A DNA stretch of 64,000 nucleotides from the NCBI GenBank assembly GCA_964016885.1, contig OZ024743.1, forward strand, positions 301,568,001-301,632,000, written 5' to 3'. The notes under the pieces are model-generated. The model was not told the DNA's origin and did no database searches. It saw only the letters and a list, made by a program, of their open reading frames with translations. Both the position numbers and the translations under genes were made by a program. Of this stretch, positions 1-12,379 are shown piece by piece. How positions within the stretch are numbered: the first letter of the stretch is position 1; every line of letters starts with the position of its first letter. The stretch is from Eledone cirrhosa. Lineage: Eukaryota.

Positions 1-655
1 TGACTCTCCACACAGAGCAGTAAACCTGTTTCTCACTTCCACTGTGAACCTCTCCTGTAGCATATCATCTTCCTTGAAAGCTCCCCAGTCATAGATTGTT
101 CTCCGGGGCTGAGCCTTGCTCTTTCTTAAGCTCACGCGGACCTCACTCATAACAAGCCGGTGGTCACTACCCAGTGTACTGAAATAGCTGTATGGTTCCG
201 TGTTCAGAACACTATTCCGCCACTTTTTCCTCACCAGAATGAAATCAATCTGGGACATGGACAGGTGCATATCTGAGATGTAGGTCCACATCTTCCCCAG
301 ATTATTCCTAAACCTTAGGTTGGTCGCCATCAAGTTCGCCTCCAGCAGGGTGTCTCTCAGTAGTCTTCCATTTCGGTTGGTGTTGTTATGGAAGTACCAG
401 CAAGGATCTTCACTGCCCTCCTTACTCAGATGTGCATTGAAGTCCCCCAAAACAAGCAGGATATTGTGTGCCTGAGTGGTGTTGACAGCTCTACAGACCT
501 CCTCATGGAACTCCTCGGCATTCACATCACTGTCCCCCTCGGTTGGACTATAGTCTGAGATGACTGTCAGTCTTGGGTTTCCATTGAAGGTCACCCTCAA
601 CACTCGCGGGGAGATAGGCATTATTTCCCTCACCTATCTGTATACCACTCTCCTC
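1..655 (-). mobile_element. RTE-type LINE, inverted 5' segment encoding AP-endonuclease domain (runs off window start)
   Basis: Minus-strand translation gives the APE motifs LGDFNAH (~430-450), QIDFILV (~233-253) and GSDHRLV (~152-172). One in-frame stop near 634. Confidence 0.85.
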
Positions 656-656
656 A

Positions 657-2380
657 AACAGCTGGATAATCATCAACGAGATCACAGGGCGGAAGAAAAG
701 GTGTTCGAGTCAGATCCAGGGTACGGGGCCCGAGGATAGGAAGAGGAAATGGCTAGATCATTTTAGGACCCTACTAGGAGAGCCACCCTCCACAGCCCAG
801 AGCACTGGGGAGATCAGGCGGCTGTTTGAGGAACTGGATGTTGAGACAGAGCCCTTCACCAGAGAGGAGCTTCAGAGAGCCAAGAAGAAGATCAAGGAGG
901 GCAAGGCTCATGGAGAAGATGGAGTGGCATCAGAGGTGATGAAGAGGTGTGATTTTGATGATATCATCCTGGGGTTCTGTAACGGGTCACTGGAGAAAGG
1001 AGTTGCCCCGAATCAGTGGAGGATCAGTAACATCGTCCCAGTGCCAAAGAAGGGAGATCTCTCTAACACCAACAACTACCGGGGGATCTCACTGACGTCA
1101 CTTGTGGCAAAGACCCTCAACAGGATGATTCTTAACAGGATCCAGTCTGAGATGGAGAAGAAGCTCAGGGACAACCAGAACGGCTTCAGAGAGGGTAGAT
1201 CAACCACCAGTCACATCCTGATGCTGAGGAGGATATTAGAGGGAGCTAGAGCAAAGTGCCTTCCTGCGGTCATGGTTTTCATTGACTTTAGGAAGGCCTT
1301 TGATTCTGTGGACCGTTACTGCCTGATGAACATCTTACAGGCTTATGGAATCCCCAAGAGGATAGTGGACCTGATATCACTGCTCTACACCAACACCAAA
1401 GCCCAAGTCATTACACCTGATGGGATGACAGAGTTATTTGAGATACTGGCTGGAGTGCTCCAGGGAGATACATTGGCTCCCTACCTTTTTATCATCGTAG
1501 TGGACTATTGTATGCGCCTTGCACTGGAGAAACACCAGGACTCTGGCTTTACTGTAGCACCGGCTCAGAGCAGGAGAGTTGGGGCGAAAAAGGTATCGGA
1601 TGCTGAATTTGCCGACGACATAGTTTTGGTGACAAATACAGTGAAGGAGGCAGAGGATTTGATGCGGGAGGTTGAGACTGTGTCGATGAGTGTGGGGCTG
1701 AGAATGAATGAGACTAAAACAAAATATCTGGTAGAGAATGTTGAGAAGCCAGAGGGGTTCACTAATGTAGGCGGGAAGCCGCTGGAATTGGTTGAGGACT
1801 TCCTGTATTTGGGAGCAAAGATTGGGAATACGGAAGATGATGTGGTTGAGAGGAAGAGCAAGGCCTGGGTGGCGTGTCACAGCTTGAGATCGGTGTGGAA
1901 GTCGGACCTTCGTAGAGACCTGAAAATCCGCATATTCATTGCTGTAGTGGAGTCTGTGCTATTGTATGGGTCTGAGACTTGGACACTGACCAATAGACTC
2001 ACTCAGATGGTGGATGGGTGCTACACGAGAATGCTGAGGATAGCTCTGAACATTAATCAGTATACACTGAGGATTAAAAACACAGAGCTGTATGGGAGCA
2101 TCCCAAAAGTCAGCTCAAAAGTGACACAGAGGAGACTGAGGTTGGCTGGACATGCTCACCGACATCCAGAGTTGACATTGCACTCAGTGCTCCTTTAGGA
2201 GCCCCTACATGGACACACTAGAAGAGGAAGACCAAGGTTAACATATGTTGATGCCCTAAGGACAGACACTGGTCTGTTGGAGATGCAGGATATGGCAGCG
2301 ATAATGAGGGACAGTGACCGCTGGAGAGAACTCGTCCATGGATCTCGGGAATATTACCCGCCTTAGATAGATAGATAGAT
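657..2380 (+). mobile_element. RTE-type LINE, RT domain and 3' end with (TAGA)n tail
   Basis: ORF 924-2198 has NYRGISL, FIDFRKAFDSV, GVLQGDTLAPYLF, FADD, F.YLG and RLRLAGH. Premature TAG at 2196 (W in the copy at 36.7 kb). Natural stop at ~2364 is followed by TAGATAGATAGAT. Confidence 0.92.
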
Positions 2381-2920
2381 ATTTTGATCTATATTTGACC
2401 AATTGATCAATGGACAGACGCTGGTCGTTCGGTGTAGTAGTATTAATACAGATATATAAAGTGTCAAGTAAGGAAGAGAGAGATTTTCACTGCTACTGTA
2501 TAACAACAATGCTGGTAGCCTGCTGGTATATGCATTAGGGAATTGAATTAAGAAATCTCATTTTATCTCTAGCAGTTTATATTAAATGGTAAAGAATAGA
2601 AGAGTTAATAGAATTAAGATTAATAGATAATGTTAATATTATTTTGACAATCAAACGGAGATGGAGAAAGGCGTTCAATCCTGGTAGCGTTTGTAATATG
2701 AAAATGTAGATTTCAAGCGATGGTTACAGTATAACGATCGCTCAATTCAGTTCCATTCAATACCCTAATTCATATACCAGCAGGTTATCAGCATTGTGGT
2801 TATACAATAGCAGTGAAAATCTCGCTCTTACTTACTTGACACTTTATATCTGTATTAATACTACTACACCAAACGACCAGCCCTGTCCATTGTTCAATTG
2901 GTCAAATATAGATTAAAATA
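2381..2920. repeat. Foldback inverted repeat (~165 bp diverged arms)
   Basis: 2381-2547 is the reverse complement of ~2756-2920, e.g. ATATTTGACCAATTG...GTAGTAGTATTAATACAGATA versus TATCTGTATTAATACTACTAC...CAATTGGTCAAATAT. Confidence 0.85.
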
Positions 2921-3500
2921 GGCACTCCCAAAAATTCTTATTTAGATAAAATATGCCATATACTCATTGTATTCTCATTAAAAACCTTCTATATACTTGT
3001 TTACCAGCAAATTGAATTGCCATCTGTCATATACTATCCCTTCTCTTCTTCTTTTCTTACAACTAATATAAATACTTTAATTTTTCTGATTTCTTCCAAT
3101 TTATCCAATATCTCTGAAGAAGTGACAACTGATTATACATTTGCTATCGAATAGTTGCTAACATTATATGATTACGCAATCAGCGATACATATGTATTCC
3201 CTCTGTTACAGAAACATATGTCAATACCTAATAAATTCCTTTATAAAAGCGCTTTCATTATATATTCATCTTTTCTACATTTTCTCCGTAATATAATTTA
3301 TACTCGTTGAGCAAACCTACACGTACGTTGTTCATCTCTAACGTGACGATATATTATCACTACATTATTGATAACTTGATATTCTATATATATATATATA
3401 TATATTAAAATAACAGATTAAAGTTTAAGCAAATAATCGCTGCTTTCACCCTTAAAGGGATCTGTCCTCTTTGGATTTTAGTCTTCAAATTTATTATTTT

Positions 3501-3539
<39 letters not shown>

Positions 3540-3540
<1 letters not shown>

Positions 3541-5123
3541 CATCCAGGAGATAGCTAATTCCATACACCAGAGTGAAACTGTAACTATCGACTACCCTTC
3601 GAAACAACCTAACAGTAGAATACTTGTATTAGACACGGGACTCTGGATTAACACTACAGACGAGAGGGCCCAAATTCTCCACTCATACTACGCTAAACAC
3701 ATGGCATCCAAATACCTGATACTAAACACTCAGCAGTGTACAGTAGTGCTAAGTTTAATATTCTTAACTCAGACTTGGTACGAGTGTTGAAGAACGTGTC
3801 CCGCATGTGCGACCCAACAGAAATGGAAAGACCTCCAACACTTCATCAACCGCATGAAGTTCTATCGCTACCACCAAAGAGACCGTATCAGAGTATACGC
3901 AGGAGCCACGGAGATGTATAAGACCCACATAGAACTGGATATGAAAGGAATTTGCCCATTATACAGGAGCAAAGCATGGAATAGATTAGATAGGACTTAC
4001 ATAAGCTATGGAAAGCCACCGCATGGTACGACAACCAGAGATACCAGAGTGTCATGTTCGTGGACGCTACCCCTGGAGGGAAATTAGCTAACAAGTGTAG
4101 AAAGGCCCTGAGAAATACCCACTTAAAGATTCAAGTGGTAGAAAAGCCAGGAACTACGATAAAATCCCTGATCAGCAAAACATACCCTTTTAATAAAACC
4201 CACTGTAATAATAGGAATTGTATTATATGTAAAGTAAACCCCCGGATAAAATGTAAAACTAGAAAGGTAGTCTATTGCACGAGATGTGCAGAGGCTACTT
4301 GCAGAAAGATGGCAACAACATACATAGGCGAGACAGTTCGTAGCATAGGTGAAAGGATAGACCAAAACTGGGGGGAACTAAAAGGACGAAAAAACGGTTC
4401 AGTAATATACAACATGGCGGTAACATAGACACCATAGAAATCAAAATAATATCTAAACATAAACATGACCCAGCAGATAGGCAAATCAGAGAGGCAAGTG
4501 AAATAGAACTTAGAAGGATAAAGATAGACAGAAAAAAAATAAATGGAATAACACCAACACCCAAACAAACAATACTGACCTAAGAGAAATATAAATAAGT
4601 AAATAAATATATATACAAGCACAATAACAACAAACACATAAAAACACACACTAGTAAACTAAGATAGAATACAATAACCAAAACACATACACCCTAACGC
4701 GAACACACACGAAACGCTATACATACATGCAAACGCATGCGCAAAGAAGACAAAAATAAATAAATAAATAAATAAATAAATAAAGAGATTAAATAAAGAT
4801 GGCGTAGATATACAATACAACAGCAGGAATATAATAGCACCACTAACGATGTTGCAGCGTGCAAGGAGAGACTTTGTTAGACTATATATACGTGTATGTG
4901 TCGATATTATAAGTGTTTTTTTTTTACCGTCGGTCAGTCAATGGTAAACATTGAGGAACGAATACATTAACTAATATAAAAGATACAGAAGCGAAAACCA
5001 ACGAAACAGTCAGTCTGTTCTGTTATTAATGCTGGCAATATTATTACAACAATATGACCCTCCTCAAGTATAACAATATATATATTTCGTTTCTGAATTG
5101 GCAACATGACCCTCCCAAAGCAT

Positions 5124-5130
<7 letters not shown>
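3540..5130 (+). mobile_element. Degenerate Penelope-like element (RT C-terminus, Cys-rich linker, GIY-YIG endonuclease, 3' non-coding end)
   Basis: ORF 4054-4428 has HCNNRNCIIC and VVYCTRC...YIGETVRSIGERI; multiple frameshifts. The 3' non-coding part is shared with 21300-22045, 47040-47335 and 52600-53340. Bounded by (TA)n. Confidence 0.82.
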
Positions 5131-5220
<90 letters not shown>

Positions 5221-5629
5221 CATATACATATACATATAGAGAGAGAATTAGTATATCTACCAACATATGTATGCATATGTATACCCATGCTAGCAAATAT
5301 ATATGTTATGTCCTAGTACCTTTGTGGTTCTATGCAGGGGGATGCAGAACAATTATATGAAAGACGTAACATTTTCTTATTTTATGTATTTCATATATAT
5401 ATATATATATAATATTTTGCCTTCAAAGTTACATATATAATCACTTAAGCAGGTTCAAGTATCTCGGGCCAGTGTCCACGTCTGATGGAAGGCATAAGAC
5501 TCAATTGAGTGCAAAAATTACAGGAGATTGGGTAGTTGTCAGCCAGCTTTAGTATTTGGTAATGAGACGAAAGGAGGTAAATGGAAAATCTGAATTACCT
5601 ATCTTCAATTAGGTGTTCGTGCCAAACCT

Positions 5630-5660
<31 letters not shown>

Positions 5661-5710
5661 AAGAAGAAGAAGAAGAAGAAGAAGAATTATTATTATTATT
5701 ATTATTATTG
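5630..5710. repeat. Compound (GAA)n(TTA)n microsatellite
   Basis: Directly visible. Confidence 0.95.
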
Positions 5711-8700
5711 CAGTTGCATTTATCTTGCTTTATGTTCATAGGAGTTATCACCAAGTCACAACCAGTGACCTCAAGAGACAACAAGGTCCGCCATGTTCAA
5801 GAAAGAACATACATACTCACACATGCATCATTATTGTTTAGACTTGTGATGTACTTATATTGACAGAATCTTCCTTAGTATATGGGCAGTTCCCATTAGT
5901 ACTATATTTTGTATTTCTCCTATACGCGGGTTTCCTGGGATTTGCGATAAGTAATCATTAGACCCCTTAGGTATCATTCCCAGAGCGCCTACAACCACTG
6001 GTATTGTTTTAGTTCTCAATTTCCACATTTTTCCAATTTCTATCTCCAGGTCCTTATACTTGCTCAATTTTTCAAATGTTTTTATAGATACATTCTTGTC
6101 TATTGGAACAGACATATCAATTAGCAGGCATACCTCTTTTTAAAGTCCTTCAATATTATATCAGGTCTATTTGCATCTATTTTTCGGTGTTTGGATGCTA
6201 AAGTTCCACAAGATTGAGATGTGATCTTTTTCAAGTATGGGAGGTGGTTGATCCTCCCACCAATTCTTATGATGGGGCAGGTCAAAATGCTTACACATTA
6301 TCCAATGTATGTATTGTGCAGCTCTGTCATGCCTGTTAAGGTATTCGGTTGGAGCTATAGGACTGCACATTGAAATTATATGGTCAATGGTCTCTGGTTG
6401 TTTTTTGCATACACGGCATAATGGGCTGCATCCATTTTTTATTGTGTTGGCTTGGTAATTTTTTTGTTGGCAGACACTGATCTTGTGCTGATATAATCAG
6501 TCCTTCAGTCTCCTATTTCAGTCCAGAGGATGCCAACCACTGATGGGTTAAAGTTTTGTCAACATCAGGATTCTTACCTCGCTCTGGGTATTTTCCATAC
6601 AGAGGCTTTTCTTGATGACATTGTAACTGTAGGTTACTACTGGTATGGCAAGCGTGTTTATGGCATCGATCCTATTCCTTGCATTAAATTCCGTTCTTAA
6701 GATTGCTCTTACTCTGCGGTAACATTCCTTCCTTATCCTTTCCCTCATTGTCGAGTGCTTGATTCCGTCTCCTTCACAAACACCTAGATATTTTTAAGTT
6801 TTTTCTTGATCAAATTCTCTTATCACGTTCCCCCGATCAAGATTAATGTCTGAACTCTTCAGCAGCTTTCCTCTGGTGAACGTTGCTTTGGCGCATTTAT
6901 CTAGTCCAAACTCCATTTTAATGTCATCACTGAACTGCTCCACAGTGGATAATAGCCCTTGCAATTGTTCATCATTTTTTGCAAATAGTTTCAGGTCATC
7001 CATGTAGAACAAGTGATTAATGGTTTTGTCATAGACTTTATATCCATGTTTTGTTTCATTGAGCATTTTACTTAATGGTATAAGTGCGATGCAGAATAAA
7101 AGCGGTGATAAAGAGTCACCCTGAAAAATTCCACAATTAATATTAACTTCTCCAGCTTCCAGTGATTTTGTTTCACTATTCAAAAGGAGTGTCGTTTTCC
7201 ATGTCTTCATACTAAATGACAAAAACCTCCTGATAACGGGGGATATTTTGAAAATCTCTAAACATTTTTCAATCCAACTGTGTGGCAAACTATCGAATGC
7301 TTTTTTATAATCTATCCAAGCAATCGATAGATTTTTGTGTCTATTATGACAATCTTCCATTATCATTTTGTTAATCAGAAGCTGATCCTTACAGCCACAT
7401 GAGCCTCGTTTACACCCTTTCTGCCCAATGGGAAATAGGTCATTTGTTATCAGGTGGTCATATGTGTATTTAGTTAGGACTGATGTTAACATTTTATACA
7501 TTGTGGTCAAGCAAGTTATCGGTCTGTAATTTTTGGGATTGTTCGTCTCATCATTCTTCGGAAGCAGGAATGTAATGCCGTTAACTAGCCATGATGGTAT
7601 CTTTTCTGGCTCCTTAACTATTTCATTGTAAAGTTGGGCTAACAACTAATGAGACTCTGTGAAGGCATTTATCCAAAAGTTTTGTATTTTGTCTTTTCCT
7701 GGGGATTTCCATTTGCTGGTTTTTCTTAGAGCCAAGCGCAACTGTTCAACTGTTATATTTTCCCATATTTGTTCCTCAAGGTGAGATGTATCTTTCATTT
7801 GTCTGTCTGTCCATGGGGCATGTATGTTATGAACTTTTTCTTCGGCCCAGATCTTTTCCCAGAATTCTTGCACTTCCTCCGTGGGTGGTATTGATTTAGC
7901 AGTTATTGTTGACTTACCAATTTTTCTGTAGAAGTTTCTTTGGTTGTTTTTGAACATATTATTGTCCTTATAGAATCTAGATCGTTTTTCAAAGCGCCTT
8001 ATACGAGCAGCTTTGGCCGACACTTTTTGCTTGATTTTTTCTATCAGCATGTCTGTGTCACATGTTGATTTTATACTGTACTCTTTTTCAATTTTCTACC
8101 TTTAGTTTGTTTAACATGTTCACCTACTTTATAGTTTGTTAAAATTTCTATGTCAGATCGGAGAAGGTTTATCTGGCGATTGATGTTCTCTTGCCAAGTC
8201 GATTTCTTGTGGGAATTCCTTTGGTTTTTCATCTTCACTCCACATAAGTGAGTGGTGACGTAAGCCGATGCATAATAGAGATGATTTAAATCAGTAATGT
8301 TTAGTTTGTTTGTGATGATAATTTTTTTGAGAATTAGTCTTGTGTATTATCGTTTGCTTCTGTTTGGAGTTCTCGATCTTAGGGAGGGTGTCTCGTTGCC
8401 CCATGTCAGATTCTTTCATTTTCATCCATTCGATCATAATTTCATCCTTCAAGTTGGCAAGTTCATTCTCATTCATTTCTTTATCATTTACGATCTCTTT
8501 ATTTTCATTTGGAGTTTCATCTTGAGCATGCACTCCCTCCACATTTTCGATCCTTTCTTTAATTTGTTCTGTTGCCAGTTATTCCGCCCAACCCTGGGAT
8601 TCGAAGTGTTACAATTTACCTCGATTTCACTGACACATGTTTTATTTTCCCTTCGCTGACTTTGTGCTAATAGCTTGATCTGATCAATTTCTATATCAGT

Positions 8701-8797
8701 TAGTAACTTTTTTCGTACAATATTTCTTCGTATATTGGATAGTTTGTTACTGTCAATATAGCCTCTGTTTTCGGGATGTTTCTTTTTCCAGTTGATA
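5710..8797 (-). mobile_element. R4/Dong-type RLE LINE copy 1 (5'-truncated, internally deleted pseudogene)
   Basis: ORF pieces with NYRPITCL, IDYKKAFDS, GIFQGDSLSPLLF, YMDDLKL, RHD and RLE C-terminus (K..KY.DL, IPVVVGALG). Flanked by (TAA)n on both sides. Confidence 0.9.
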
Positions 8798-8827
<30 letters not shown>

Positions 8828-8830
<3 letters not shown>

Positions 8831-11800
8831 AGTTGCATTTATCTTGCTTTATGTTCATACGAGTTATCACAAAGTCACATCCAGTGACCTCAAGAGACAA
8901 CAAGGTCCGCCATGTTCAAGAAAGAACATACATATTCACACATGCATCTTTAGTGTTTAGACTTGTGATGTAATTATATTGACAGAATCTTCCTTAGTAT
9001 ATGGGCAGTTCCCATTAGTACTATCTTTTGTATTTCTCCTATACGCGGGTCTCCTGGGATTTTCGATATGTAATCATTAGACCCCTTAGGTATCATTCCC
9101 AGAGCGCCTACAACCACTGGTATTGTTTTAGTTCTCAATTTCCACATTTTTCCAATTTCTATCTCCAGGTCCTTATACTTGCTCAATTTTTCAAATGTTT
9201 TTATAGATACATTCTTGTCTATTGGAACAGACATATCAATTAGCAGGCATACCCTCTTTTGAAAGTGCTTCAATAATATATCAGGTCTATTTGCATCTAT
9301 TTTTCGGTCTGTTTTGATGCTAAAGTTCCACAAAATTGAGAGGTGATTTTTTTCAAGTATGGGGGGTGGTTGATGCTCCCACCAATTCTTTTGATGGGGC
9401 AGGTCAAAATGCTTACACATTATCCAATGTATGTATTGTGCAGCTCTGTCATGCCTGTTTAGGTATTCGGTTGGAGCTATATGAGTGCACATTGAAATTA
9501 TATGGTCAATGGTCTCTGGTTGTTTTTTCCATACACGGCATAATGGGATGCACCCATTTTTTATTATGTTGGCTTGGTAATTTTTTGTTGGCAGACACTG
9601 ATCTTGTGCTGATATAATCAGTCCTTCAGTCTCCGATTTCAGTATTTCAGTCCAGAGGATGCCAACCACTGATGGGTTAAAGTTTTTTCAACATCAGGAT
9701 AGTTAGCTCGCTCTGGGTATTTTCCATACAGAGGCTTTTCTTGCCATTTCTTAGCCAGTTCCTGTAGCAGTTCTTTCTTTGCTGTTACTTTTACCTGCTT
9801 TGCTTTTTCTGTATTTTCCATTTCAGCAGTAAATGGGACTTCTGAAATTTGTAGTCCATTACTGTATCTTTGTGCATCTTTTGTAATGAAATATGATCTG
9901 TTGATGCTTTCGTGTTTCAAAACGAGTTTGATCATCCAATCATATGATTCCCTTAGATATGTAGATAATCCAATTGTTGCAGTTTTCAACGCAATGTCTA
10001 ACTGGATTAACCCACGTCCTCCTTCTTTCCTAGGGAGATATATTCTATCTATATCTGCCTTAGGGTGATGCATTCTGTGCATGGTTAAGAATTTTCGAAT
10101 TTATGTATCGAGCCTACGGATCTCTGTGCTTGACCAGTTGATGACATTGTAACTGTAGGTTACTACTGGTATGGCAAGCGTGTTTATGGCATCGATCCTA
10201 TTCCTTGCATTCAATTCCGTTCTTAAGATTGCTCTTACTCTGCGGTAACATTCCTTCCTTATCCTTTCCCTCATTGTCGAGTGCTTGATTCCGTCTCCTT
10301 CACAAACACCTAGATATTTGTAAGTTTTTTCTTGATCAAATTCTCTTATCACGTTCCCCCGATCAAGATTAATGTCTGAACTCTTCAGCAGCTTTACTCT
10401 GGTGAACGTTGCTTTGGCGCATATATCTAGTCCAAACTCCATTTTAATGTCATCACTGAACTGCTCCACAGTGGATATAGCCCTTGCAATTGTTCATCAT
10501 TTTTTGCAAATAGTTTCAGGTCATCCATGTAGAACAGGTGATTAATGGTTTTGTCATAGACTCTATATCCATGTTTTGTTTCATTGTGTATTTTACTTAA
10601 TGGTATAAGTGCGATGCAGAATAAAAGCGGTGATAAAGAGTCACCCTGAAAAATTCCACAACTAATATTTACTTCTCCATCTTCCAGTGATTTTGTTTCA
10701 CTATTCAAAAGGAATGTCGTTTTCCATGTCTTCATACTGAATGACAAAAACCTCCTGACAACGAGGGATATTTTGAAAATCTCTAAACATTTTTCAATCC
10801 AACTGTGTGGCAAACTATCAAATGCTTTTTTATAATCTATCCAAGCAATCGATAGATTTTTGTGTCTATTATGACAATCTTCCAGTACCATTTTGTTAAC
10901 CAGAAGCTGATCCTTACAGCCAAATGAGCCTCGTTTACACCCTTTCTGCTCAATGGGAAATAGGTCATTTGTTATCAGGTGGTCATATGTGTATTCAGTT
11001 AGGACTGATGTTAAAATTTTATACATTGTGGTCAAGCAGGTTATCGGTCTGTAATTTTGGGGATTGTTTGTCTCATCATTCTTCGGTAGCAGGAATGTAA
11101 TGCCGTTAACTAGCCATGATGGTATCTTTTCTGGCTCCTTAACTATTTGATTGTAAAGTTGGGCTAACAGCTCATGAGACTCTGTGAAGGCATTTATCCA
11201 AAAGTTTTGTATTTTGTCTTTTCCTGGGGATTTCCATTTGCTGGTTTTTCTTAGAGCCAAGCGCAGCTGTTCAACTGTTATATTTTCCCATGTTTGTTCT
11301 TCAAGGTGAGCTGTTTCCTTCATTTGTCTGTCTATCCATGGGACATGTATGTTATGAACTTTTTCTTCGGCCCAGATCTTTTCCCAGAATTCTTGCACTT
11401 CCTCCTTGGGTGGTATTGATCTAGCAGTTATTGTTGACTTACCAATTTTTCTGTAGAAGTTTCTTTGGTTGTTTTTGAACATATTATTGTCCGTATAGAA
11501 TCTAGATCGTTTTTCAAAGCGCCTTATACGAGCAGCTTTGGCCGACACTTTTTGCTTGATAGTTTCTATCAGCATGTCTATGTCACATGTTGATCTTATA
11601 CTGTACTTTTGTTTCAATTTTCTAAGTTTAGTTTGTTTAACATGTTCACCTACTTTATAGTTTGTTAAAATTTCTATGTCAGATCGGAGAAGGTTTATTT
11701 GGCGATTGATGTTATCTTGCCAAGTAGATTTCTTGTGGGAATTCCTTTGTTTTTTCATCTTCACTCCACATAAGTGAGTGGTGACTTTAGCCGATGCATA

Positions 11801-12345
11801 ATAGAGATGATTTAACTCAGTAATGTTTAGTTTGTTTGTGATGATAATGTTTTTGAGAATTATGTTAGTCTTGTGTATTATCTTTTGGTTCTGTTTGGAG
11901 TTCTGGATCTTAGGGAGGGTGTCTCGTTCCCCCATGTCAGATTCTTTCATTTTCATCCATTCGATCATAATTTCATCCTTCAAGTTGGCAAGTTCATTCT
12001 CATTCATTTCTTTATCATTTACGATCTCATTATTTTCATTTGGAGTTTCATCCTGAGCATGCACTCCCTCCACTTTTTCGCTCCTTTCTTTAATGTGTTC
12101 TGTTGCCAGTGATTCCGCCCCAACCCTGGGATTCGAAGTGTTACAGTTTACCTCGTTTTCACTGACACATGCTTCATTTTCCCTTCGCTGACTTTGTGCT
12201 ACTAGCTTGATCTGATCAATTTCTATATCAGTTAATAACTTTTTTCTTACAATATTTCTTCGTATATTGGCTAGTTTGTTACTATCAATATAGCCTCTGT
12301 TTTCGGGATGTTTCTTTTTCCAGTTGATATATGTTTGTTCTGTAT
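8828..12345 (-). mobile_element. R4/Dong-type RLE LINE copy 2 (same family as copy 1)
   Basis: ORFs 10427-12397, 10101-10469, 9639-10082 and 8974-9669 give RT, a degenerate zinc knuckle (CRVW...ETIDHIISMC), RHD and RPD...LIDMS. 3'UTR nearly identical to copy 1. Flanked by (TAA)n. Confidence 0.92.
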
Positions 12346-12379
12346 TTATTATTATTATTATTATTATTGTTATTGTTAT

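Noticed and set aside
3110-3165. CTGAAGA...GAA hammerhead-like trace (also 35508, 41263-41318, 47098)
   Set aside because: Stems I and III cannot be paired convincingly; treated as degenerate and not called as ribozymes.
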